Assembly: GCF_963506605.1 (NCBI RefSeq)
Contig: NC_083289.1
Coordinates: 54,126,001-54,190,000 of the forward strand
Source: Zootoca vivipara
Lineage: Eukaryota
Direction of reading: 5' to 3'
DNA length: 64,000 nt
This document shows, piece after piece, positions 44,270 to 55,700 of this stretch (position 1 is its first letter; every line of letters begins with the position of its first letter). A program made the position numbers and the translations under genes. Under the pieces are notes generated by a model, which was not told the origin of the DNA, made no database searches, and saw only the letters and a list, made by a program, of their open reading frames with translations.

Positions 44270-45555
44270 TCTATATACAGTGGTACCTCGACTTACGAAT
44301 TTAATGCGTTCCAAACGTACATTCGTAAGTCAAATCCCATAGGAATGCATTGGGAGAAAAAATTCGTAAGTCGAAGCAACCCTACCTATCTAAAAATTCG
44401 TAAGTCGGAAAAATCCTATCTAAACCGCATCCAAGATGGCAGACGGAGTTCCGTTCGTAAGTCGAAACATTTGTAAGTCGAGTCATTCGTAAGTCGAGGT
44501 ACCACTGTACTGTATATAAAAGAAATGTAAACTGACCATGTGGGTGTGTCTCCACTTTTCTCTGAAACCGCTTGACTGATTGTGTTCAAATTTGGGCACA
44601 ACGTCCCAAGCGAATACAGTGGTACCTCGACTTACGAATAACTCTACTTACAAATGTTTTTACTTATGAACGGCGCTCCGTCTGCCATCTTGGATGAGGT
44701 TTAGATAGGATTTTTTCTACTTACGAATTTTTAGATAGGGTTGCTTCGACTTACAATTTCTTTTCTCCCAATGCATTCCTATGGGATTCGACTTACAAAT
44801 GTGCCTTCGGAACGCATTAAATTTGTAAGTAGAAGTACCACTGAATGCGACTGACCATATACAGTTTGTGTAGATAGATGTCATGTAAGGAGTAGCAGAA
44901 GACCCACTAAAGGGTTGAGCTGTTTTGCTGTGTCGCCTGATCACTGGGAAGGAGGGAGCAAAGGGGGATCATGTTACAGTTCTTTGTTCTCTGAGTCTAC
45001 ATGGTTCAGTTTCGTTTTTTGCCTGGCGAAGAGAGCAGTCATGCCTTGTCTCTCGCCAGGGCTGTTGTTTATTGCTCTGTAAATAAAGCTTTTAGTTTAG
45101 AAGACAGAAGCTATTCTTTGTGATTTTTAGTGTGCTGCTTCTTGTTAGTTCACACGCAGACTTCCAGCTGCGCAAGAAGAGAGACAGAAGATGATTTACT
45201 TTGCTATCTTTGCCAAGGTCCGCAGCTACTAAGGAAGCGGGCTGGACTGTGGGAAGGTTGGCAAAGCCTCGAATGAGCCACCTAAATTGCTCATTAGGAG
45301 GAAATCTTAACATGTCACACCTATGGCAGGTAAAACCCATTGTTCCTGAACACAAAACTCACGACAGCCGGGGATGCTGGGAGCACAGGAGAGGTTGCAA
45401 AACAGTCCTCGGAGTCTAGCAATGGCTACACTGGTACTGCAGCTAGGAAAGCTTCCCTCTCCACAGCATGGGGGGGGCAGAATAGGTCATAGGTCAGAAC
45501 AGGGTGGGGGCAGTCACAGGGACAAGCTACCGCAACACATGGCCAGGCCAGCTAG
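44270..45555 (+). mobile_element. Helitron-like element with two nested Tc1/mariner MITEs (44278-44507, 44617-44843)
   Basis: A|TC start at 44270 and CTAG|T end at 45555. The MITEs have CAGTGGTACCTCGACTTACGAAT termini and are reverse complements of each other. Confidence 0.6.
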
Positions 45556-45699
45556 TTTCTTTATAAATTATTGCTTTTTTCTATGTTTTTAGCGATTCCT
45601 ATTTCTTCCTGCAAGTAATACTAAGAATTAATAATTATAGTCGTTATAGGGGTTGAAATAATTAATGATAATACTCATCATAGCAACATTAATAATAAT

Positions 45700-46620
45700 G
45701 ATAATATGATATGCTAGAGGCGGCTGAGAGTCGCCTAGCAGCCCCCAGCAGCGTCCTTCTGCTCCAGGAACGGGCCTAATTCTCTTTGCCACCGACGGAG
45801 CCCCCGGATCGGGACCGCGGAGGCACCGGGGGGGGGGGCGTCCCGGGCTGGGAGTGTTGTGCCCGGGGAAGCAGGAAAGCGAGGCGGAGGGGGCAGGCTC
45901 CCTGCTGCAGTTGGGTATTCCTCCGCCCCCCCGTGGCCTGCAGGCGCTTCGTACTACGACTCCCATCGGCCCCCTCTGGGGCCGCCCTGCCGGGGCTGCT
46001 GGGAGCTGTAGTCCGGAGCCCCGGAAGGCGGAAGGGGCACCCAAGCGGAGCCGGGCCCGGAGCCCCTCGGCTGCCCCGACGGCGCCCTCCCTCCGCCTCG
46101 ACGCCGGGGGTCCTTCCAGTGCCCGCTGCCTCCCTCCTGGCGGCGCTCTGCACATGCCCAGGGGCGCCGTCCCGGCTTACCTCGGGGGCGCCGGCGCTCC
46201 TTCCGACCGGTCCGGCCGAGGGGCGGGGCCTGGCGAGCACCGGAAGAGCGCATGCGCCAAGCGCCGCCTCGCTCCGGAGCCCGGCGAGGGGGCGGGGCTG
46301 AGGAGAATCGACGTCACGGGAGCGCCGGCTACTGCTCGCATGACGCTATTCCCGCGCCGGAAGTCGGGTCGGCGTGAGAGAAGTCGCGATGGCGAGGTTG
46401 GAGGTGCTGCGCGGCGGGCGATGCCTCCTCCGTCTCCTGGTCCGCCCGGGAGCAGCGGCGGCGGCGGCGGCGGGAGCAGGTGAGGGAGGCCGGGCCCTGG
46501 CGAGGCCCCAGGAGGAGGCGGCGGCGGCTGCTTCCCTGGGCGCCGCGTGACCCTCGCGACCCTCTGACCCCACAGGCCCCGTCCCCGCCGCGGATCTGGC
46601 CCGTTACAAGAAAAACACGT
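45700..46620. promoter_or_regulatory. Bidirectional CpG-island promoter shared by FAM234A (-) and TRAP1 (+)
   Basis: CpG-rich. NRF1 palindrome GCGCATGCGC 46248-46257, ETS/GABP CCGGAAG 46240-46246 and CCGGAAGT 46357-46364, GC boxes at 46220 and 46290, CRE-like GACGTCA near 46310, two opposed ZNF143-type ACTAC..TCCCA motifs (45953-45965, 46000-46012). Confidence 0.8.
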
Positions 46621-49600
46621 CTAATTCAGGGGTTGCCAACCTTTTCTTGGCCAGGCTCCACCTAAGCATCTCTCAAATCCTGATCCCCGCCCCCCCGTGA
46701 CATTTAATTCTTATTATTCAAAAAGTGAGCTCCACCTAAATTCCACCTAAATATTAGGAAGAACTTCTTGACAGTAAGAGCTGTTCGGCAGTGGAATTTG
46801 CTACCAAGGAGTGTGGTGGAGTCTCCTTCTTTGGAGGTCTTTAAGCAGAGGCTTGACAGGCATATGGTGGTGTTTCCTGCTTGGCAGGGGTTGGACTGGA
46901 TGGCCCTTGTGGTCTCTTCCAACTCTATGATTCTATGATCTATTCACGTGGAGGAAGCCTGAAAGGCCATTCACTCTTAATAACTCATTCTCGAATTGCC
47001 CCTCTTAAAAATCAAATTGCCCCACCCCCACCCCGTGGGGCCATACATTGGGAACCATGGTTCAAATTCCCTTATGGCAGTGATGTCCAACTTCCAAGAG
47101 ACTGCGATTTACCCCCCACTAAAAACTGGCAGTGATCTACCCATTGCTTTGACCAAAGTTGTTGAGCTTTTTTTGGGGGGGGGTCCATTAGGATCACATG
47201 ATCAATCAGGGGCGCTCCACGATCGACTTCTTGGACATCCCTGCCTTATGGGGTATCTAGAGTCCCTCAGGAGAGAACGCAGAGGCCAACCAGAGTATAT
47301 TGAGAAGCAAAGTGGCTAGTAACTGTTGCAACAGGATTCCCAGAACAATGGTGTGCAAGCATCTATAAAGACTTTTGAAATTGTGCACCCTGTAGCCCAA
47401 GACCCCCCCAAAAACATCATACAGAAGGAGGCAGCCTCCAGCAGAGATTTGAGTGTGTTGCTTCTCGCCTGTCTGCCAAGATACCTGAAAATGCCTTTCT
47501 TGATTGCATGTTGAGATCATAAATACTATAGTTCCTGAATCTCTTAAGCATATTGATAGTGTGCTCAGTTTAACAGATACTTGCCGGACTGTATTTGCCG
47601 GGATGTTTCAGCCCCTACAGTCCAAAGACAATTGGAAAGCTTTTCCCATTTCCTTCCTCCTTGCAGAGAAATATTTGAGGTCAATTTGGGAGAGACAAAT
47701 GGCTTCAGGATTGCTCTCCTGTACTATTTCAGATGTGGTTTATATACTTACATATGTGTTTGCCTTGTACATTTATGAACATTTATTCTATATTGGAGGC
47801 CTTAGAATTCTTATAACAGCGGGTAGCATCCACTAAAGCTCTGTGTTCATAAGGGTTCCTTGCCCAATGCTTCTTCCGTTTCAGGTCCAAGGGCTGCACT
47901 CCTGCCCCGACCGGCCCCTTCGCTGCTGCCTCCAGGGCTGAGCTGGGCGTCCAGGAAGAGCTACAGCTCTCAAGCTGCCCAGAACGATGAGGAGGCCCCT
48001 CCGCTGCACCGGCTGACCAGCAACCCTGAGGCACTCCCAGGTCAGGCTCCCCCTCCCCTGGAGGCAAGCTATGCTCCACCCTGCGCCCTGCTGTGGGGGG
48101 CAAAGGGGCAGCCCTTTGCCGAGAACAGCAGCAGCAGCAGCCCTTTCCTCTCCCTCCTCTCCATCTTGCAGGTTCTGCCTCCAGGCACGAGTTTCAAGCA
48201 GAGACCAAGGAGCTGCTGGATATCGTGGCCCGCTCTCTCTACTCGGAGAAGGAGGTAGGCTAGCCGCTCCTGCCCTGGTGCATCCCAAGGGTCCTTTTGC
48301 AGGGCTGCAACCAGCGCCTGCCACTGCTCATACCTGCTGAGGTGGCTTGACCCTAACTCCTCGTTGGAGGATCCTGAGCCCTGGTAGGGGCTGCTGCCTT
48401 AATTTGAAGCAACTTCCCAGATGCAGACATTTGGAGGGCATCACTGCACCTCTTCTGCAGTGGGTTGGTTAGTTTCCCCAGGTTGGTGGAAAGCAGGTGT
48501 GCTTTGTTACAGACTCGACTCTCCTCTCACCTCAGTCGGGAAGCAGTCCTTGTACAGTCCTTGGACCTCTTAGGGCAGGGGTGGCCAACTTCCAAGAGAC
48601 TGCGATCTACTCACAGAGTTTAAAAAGTGGCAGTGATCTACCCCCTTTTTGGGGTTCTGGTCAAAGTTGTGGAGCTTTTTTTTTAAGAAAGAAAGCCCTG
48701 TTTTGGGGAGTTCACATAAAATTTGTAAAAGAGCTTCTTTAGGGAAGAAAGTGACGTTGAGCTTCTTTTTTTTGGAAGGAAAGCCCTGTTTTTTGTGGTT
48801 CAGGTCATTTTAGGGGTGCAGGGCAAAGATGTTGAGCTTTTTTAGGGCAGCCACAGTTGTTCAGCTTCTTTGGGGGGAGCAAGTGATCTACCAGTGATCT
48901 ACCGCAGACGTCCAGGGATCTACCGGTAGATCACGATCTACCTGTTGGACATGCCTGTCTTAGGGGATATGGCTGATGTAGGGGCTTGCCCGACATGTCT
49001 TTCTTCCAAGCTGCACACGCCACAGTCCGTGGAGCTTCCCTGAAGCCCTCCAACTCCTGGGAACTGCAAGAACCAGAACAGGCTTCCAGGAAAGGGAGTG
49101 AGTTGAAGGGCTTGAGGAGTCCGATCAGATTGGGGCAGCAGTGCAGTGTGCTTGCAAATCCAGGGTAGCTCCAACAAACATTTCATGTTGGTGACATACT
49201 TTTTAGACGTGCAACATTACACAACAGAGCAATTCAGTTTTACTAGCAAACCGGAGGTTAAACTCACCCCTTTCCGGCTCTGGATGAGTGTAGAGAGCAT
49301 TCACGTGACATACCTGCTTCTGCTTCTTCTTCTTTGGTGATCCCTCGTAGCTGAGTAAGATTGTCTTCCATAAACACAGTTTTAACAATGAGTCTGTAAA
49401 TGACTGTGGAAACCAATTCTGGATCCACACGACCTTCCACGGTGGGGACATTGGTTTCTGGGCAGGAGTTGATCACGGTGTGGATTTGCCAAGCGTGCCT
49501 TCCTCTTAGCACATTTCTCCCTTGTGTCCTGAATTCAAGTGTCTTCAAAGCCCATGACCCCTTTGGTAAAGGCTGTTCTCCAGTTGGAGCGCTTGCAGGC

Positions 49601-52600
49601 AAGGGTTTCCCAATTGTTGGTGTTTATACTACATTTTTAAAGATTTGCCTAGAGACAGTCTTTAAACCTCTTTCGTTGACCGCCAGCATTACTGCAGCTG
49701 ACACACCAACATGTCACGACACACAGTTTGGAAAGCTCTGCTCTAGAGCAGGGGTGGCCAACTCCCAAGAGACTGTGATCTACTCATAGAGTTAAAAACT
49801 GGCAGTGATCTACCCCCGTTTCAGGTTGTTGAACTTTTTCTATGAAGGAAAGCCCTGTTTTTTGAGGTTCAGGTTGAAGTTGTTGAGCTTTTTAGGGAGG
49901 AGGAAAGCCCTGTTTTTTTTGGGGGGGGGGTTCAGGTCAGAGTTGTTGACCTTTTAGGGAGGAGTAAAGCCACATTTTTGGGGGGTGCAGGACAAACTTT
50001 TTGAGCTTTTTTTTTACGGGAGCTAAAGTTTGGGGGGAGCCAGTGATCTACCAGTAGATCACGATCTACCTGTTGGACGTGCCTGCTCTAGAGGATGCCT
50101 GCTGTTAGGGTGTGTGAAGTCTACCCTGTCTTTGGCTAGTCTCTGCTGTCTCTGTGGTGCCCATTTGCCTCAGTGTGGCCTCTCCCTGCAGGTGTTTATC
50201 CGAGAGCTGATCTCCAACTGCAGTGATGCTTTAGAAAAATTGCGCCACAAGATGATGTCCAAAGGGGAGGTCCTGCCAGAACTGGAAATCCACCTTGAGA
50301 CAGACTCCAAACAAGGAACCATCACCATCCAGGTACTGCTGCTGGGAGGGTGCCTTGTGCACCCTGTGTTCCTTTTCCTTGGCCAGGGCTACCAAGGAAG
50401 GTCTCTGGACCGGAGAGATTTTGCTGCCTCTGGCCCAAGGGGGACTGGTGTGCGGAGACTGCCTGGCTTGAGATGTAGCCTTGGCCGCAGCTACCCAATG
50501 AGCTTGGTGTCTGGTGAGATTTGGCCCTGACTTAACTTCTGACCTTAGTGCTGGACCCCATAGAGCAACCTTCTTGTGCTTTGCTCAGGTCAGAGCTAGA
50601 AACAAAATCTCTCTCTTGCCCGAGTCTGTGGAGATGAGAGAGCTTTGCCCTTCCTGTTCCAGAGTGGGGGCCAGGACATGACACAGATGTCTTTGCCATT
50701 CTCTTCCCTGCAGGACACAGGCATCGGGATGACCCAGGAGGAGCTAATCTCTAATCTTGGGACCATCGCCAGGTCTGGCTCCAAGGTAACAGGGCAGAAG
50801 GGTTTTTGACAGCGGGTGCAGCTAGGCTTGCCACTGTTCCAGGGTGGAGCGATCCCTGAGGCTACAAGGAGAGGGGGCACTGGCTTCTGGCACGTTTGTG
50901 ACCCACCTTTGAGTTGTTGGGAAGTGGCTAGACATCTGTCGTGGCAGCCTGGCTGCAAGCAAGGGGCTTTTGTGTCCACAGGCCTTCCTGGACACGCTGC
51001 GGAACCAGGCAGAAGCCGGCAGCAGGATCATTGGCCAGTTTGGAGTGGGCTTCTACTCGGCCTTCATGGTGGCGGATCGGGTGGAAGTTTTCTCACAGTC
51101 CGCAGAGCCAGGCAGCCCTGGGTACTGTTGGCACTCGGATGGGTAAGTGGTGCTCTGGAGGGACCTGGGCAAGACTAGGGGGCGGGCAGGAGGAAGTGCA
51201 GGTTGGGGGCAGAAATCTTGGATATTTTTTAAATTTAAATCATTTTTTTACCATTTAAATTGGATTTTTAAAATAAAATGCTTTTAGAGGAAAAATCTTT
51301 CTAAAGGTAGTGTTCCATTTAAGTTTCATTATAGCCCAAAGGCTATTTATCAGGAAAGAAGGATTCGTTTTAAGTTTCTCATGTGTGCTAAAGCTCAAGT
51401 CTAGGGTTTTTTTATTTTAAAAAATGGTTTAACCACCTCAGTTAACAAACACGGATACATATCCTATAATGTTAATGATTTAGTTAAATAAATTGTTTAA
51501 ATTGTTATTAAGGAAATGGTTTTCTAATTCTAGATCTGGGACATTTGAGATCTTGGAAGCCTCTGGAGTTCAAACAGGGACGAAAATAATTCTCCACCTC
51601 AAGGAAGACTGCAAGGAGTTCGCCAACGAGGAGCGCGTCAAAGGTGATCCCCCTGCAGCTAGCTGGGGTTCCCCAGGGAGGCTTTGCGGGCTTTGGCTTG
51701 GGGAATGTGCGTGGGGGTGGGAGAAAGGCTTTGCACTGAGAAGCTCCCACTTTCGGTCTCTGGCAGCATCTCCTGTGAGGATCAAGAATCCAAAGAGCTG
51801 CCACCACCAAAGATTTGCTGTCCCTGGCTTCTGGGCTTGTTAACTGGGCTGGGGGGCCTTTCTGACCCCTTCTGGTCCTCCACGTGCAACATGTCTGCGG
51901 TGGACCTCCATGCGCTCGCGGTTCCGCCTTCCAGGATCTCCGCAGCATCCAGCCCCGCCTTTCCTTTCCTAGTGGGCTGCTGTGGGCTGTTCCAGAGTGT
52001 TTCTGGGCCCCCCTTGGGTGGGTGGGTGGGCCAGTGGGCACTTCTGGAGTTTGGGTATCCCGGGCAGGGCTGTTGACCCAGGTTGATCATCAAACCCCTT
52101 CCTTCCTTCCTTTCTTCCGCCAGAGGTCATCACAAAGTACAGCAACTTTGTTGGCTACCCCCTCTTCCTCAACGGTCGGCGTGTCAACGCCATGCAGGTA
52201 AGGCGGCTGCCGACTTGTGCTGCCTGGGCCTTGAATGTGCAGAGGCCCCAGGGTCCTCTTCTGCCCTCTTCCGCCCAGCTCAGAACAAGGTGCTGGTCAG
52301 GAAGAGGAAAGGCTTAGGAAAGGCCTGCCTGGGATTTTGCCTCCACCCTGGGCTTTGTGGGGGTCCTGTGCAAGTGGCTCAGAGGAGCAGCCCCCTCTCT
52401 GGAGCACAGGGGCAGCGCTTGCTCTCTCCTGTGAGTTCCCAAAAGGACAGTGGAGGATGCCCTCCCACTAGAGGTCAAAGAGAACAACAATTACCAGACC
52501 TTTAGAAGGCATCTCAAGGCAGCCCTGTTTAGGGAAGCTTTTAATGTTTGATGGATTTCTGTATTTTAGTGTTTTGTTGGAAGCCGCCCAGAGTGGCTGG

Positions 52601-52653
52601 GGGAACCCGGCCAGATGGACGGGGTATAAATAATAATAATAATAATAATAATA

Positions 52654-52715
<62 letters not shown>

Positions 52716-55700
52716 TCACGTGCTTCTCAATGCCGGGTCCTCTTCCCGTGGCCTTTTCATTTCAGGGTGGGGTAGTGGCTTGGAGAAGGTTGCTAATGCC
52801 CTCCTAGTCCCACACTTGGTCCGCTTTGGGGGCAGGAGGAGGAGGAGAATGATTCTGGGCTCCTCTTTGCTGGTCTTCCTGGAGCCTCCGGGTGTTTTGG
52901 GCTTGCCTCTACCAAACTCCTTCTGACAGCATTGGCCTTGGTCCCTTGCGCCTTCTGAATGCCTCAGCAGCCTCCACCCCACGAATCCCTCTGGCCTTGG
53001 CAGGAGCTGAGCCCCCCCTGTTCCCCCTCCCTCTGCGCAGGCCCTCTGGACCCTGGAGCCAAAGGACATCGGGGACTGGCAGCACAAGGAGTTCTACCGC
53101 TTCATTGCTCAGGCCTACGACGAGCCGCGCTACGTCCTGCATTACAAGACAGATGCGCCTATCAATATCCGCAGCATCTTCTATGTCCCAGAGGCGGTGA
53201 GGAGTGGTCTGCAGGAGGGGGGCAGCCACACCCCAGAAGGGAGGTTGAGCCAAGTCCCTCCTGGCTGGCAGAATATCCGGTTTCAACCTGGGCAACCCAA
53301 TCAGATGGATGGGTACAAATAATAACATCATTCTTATGACTTCCTGTGCCTCCAGAAGCCCTCTATGTTTGACGTCAGCCGGGAGCTGGGCTCCAGCGTC
53401 TCTCTCTACAGCCGCAAGGTCCTCATCCTGACCAAAGCCGCAGACATCTTGCCGAAATGGCTCCGCTTCCTGAAAGGTAGCCACCCTCCCCTTTTCAGGT
53501 GCCCTGGGCAGGCAAGGGGGTTGCTTCTGGGCCCCAGCTCCCCCTTGCCCCCCCCCCCTGAGGCTGCCCCTCCCTCTGTTTGGTGCAGGAGTTGTGGACA
53601 GCGAAGATCTCCCTCTGAACCTCAGCCGGGAGCTGCTCCAGGAGAGCGCACTCGTCAGGTGAGCTACCTGTGGGCCGTGTCGGTGTCTGCGCCTGCCCAC
53701 CCTTCTGCCCTGGGGCTTTCCTGGAAGCAATTCTGCTGTGGCCTGCAAGGGGGAGTGTGAGGCTCAGCTCGCTGATCTGCCTCCCCCCAAGACAGGCTGT
53801 TGATCTGCCCTGCCCAGTGTCGGCTGCTCTAACTGGCAGTGGCCCTCCAAGGTTCCCCTTTCCTTTTTGTTTTTTTTGACAAAGTAATAATAAAAAATGC
53901 ACCCCACCACTGAGACCATTCCATTGTAACTATCCAACCTCCCACAATTTCAACACCTCTTGTGATGGTTTGACCCCTTTCCATTTTAACAATAGAAATT
54001 CTACAAACACCCTCCATATCTCCTCAAAATCACTTCTCCTGCATATTCCCCGTCTTGCCTTAATGGCACATGTTAATTTATCATTAATAGCTATATCCCA
54101 CACCTCTTTATACCATTCTTCCATTTTATATTCTGCTTGCCCCTTCCACTTCCTAGCTATAATAATGTGTGCAGCTGTCAATAAATTTGTGAGCAAGTCT
54201 TTCCTAGCCTGCGAACCTTCCACCCCATTGTAAACTGATAATAATGCTACCTCTGGACTTTTGGTCAGCTTTATCCCAGTGATTTCTGTTATCTCCTTAG
54301 ACACCCTTTGCCAGAAAAATTGGCTCCCCCTTTCCTGCCTGCTCCTTTGGGCTGGGCCCTGGTACCTCCTCCTGCAGGCCTGCTCCCTGCTTGGTCACCA
54401 GGGAGCAGGGATTGGGCCCTCCCAGTGTTGCTGTGACTCCTGTTCCCATCAGCCCTGGCACCTGGTGTGCCTAATGCCAGGAGTTGGGATCCCGGCAGGC
54501 GGAGGGAGGCTTCTTGGTCACAGAGCAATGCCAGCTTCATTGAGATTGCACATGGCACCTGGGCAGATCTCTTGGTAAAGGGGGGAAAGAATAGAACCCC
54601 CCCTCCCAGCCAGAGGTGCTTCTTTCCTCCGCTGCCTCTCCTGCTCCTCTTTTGATCTTTGGGGCTTCCAGGCACTTCTCTCCCCCTGCCCCCAGTCTCC
54701 CTGATGTTGGGTGTCGTCCTGCAGGAAGCTCCGGGGAGTCTTGCAGCAGAGGCTGATCAAGTTCTTCATTGAGCAGAGCAAGAAGGACCCTGAGAAGTAC
54801 GCCAAGTTCTTTGAGGACTACGGGCTCTTCATGCGCGAAGGGATTGTCACAATCGCTGAGCAGGATGTCAAGGTGTGTTGGCCGACAGCTGGTGGGTGAG
54901 GTTTTTTCCTTGCCAAGTTTCCAGAGGGAGGTGGGAAACCGGGAGTGGTGCCACCTACTTCATAAAATGTGATTGTAAAACACATCCTCAAAAGTGGTTT
55001 ACTTGGGGAATGGATGCCCCAAGGGCGAGGGGCGAGGGGCCTGCCTCCTTTGCCCTGTGACCGGCGGGACTCTCCTTCGCAGGAAGACATAGCTAAGCTG
55101 CTTCGCTACGAGTCATCGGCACTGCCCGCTGGCCAGCTGACCAGCCTCTCGGACTACGCCGGCCGCATGCAGGCCGGCAGCCGGAACATCTACTACCTGT
55201 GCTCTCCCAACCGCCACCTGGCCGAGCACTCGCCCTACTACGAAGCCATGAAGAAGAAGGATGTGGAGGTGAGCAGGAGAGCAAAGAGGGGCCTGTAGGG
55301 TTGGGCGCTGGGCTCAGAGGAGGAAGCCCTGTGCCCGGGGGGTGGCCACTCTTCCTTTCCTTGGAACTGAGCACCGCCCCCCCCCATTTGGGCCCCACAG
55401 GTGCTCTTCTGCTACGAGCAGTTTGATGAACTGACCCTCCTGCACCTCCGGGAGTTTGACAAGAAGAAGCTGATGTCTGTGGAGACGGATATCGTCGTCG
55501 ACCACTACAAGGAGGAGAAGTTTGAGGAGAAGCACCCAGGTGGGCTTCTGCTGTGGGGCGGGAAGAGGGTGTGAGCCCTTTTCAAGCAGAGTTGGCTGCC
55601 TAGCTTGGAGGAGGTGGGAAAACCCCAGGAGGCGTCCTAGAGGCTGGCCTCTTGTCAGCACTCCCCACCCTCTCAGGAAGGACTTTGAGGCTGTGATTGA

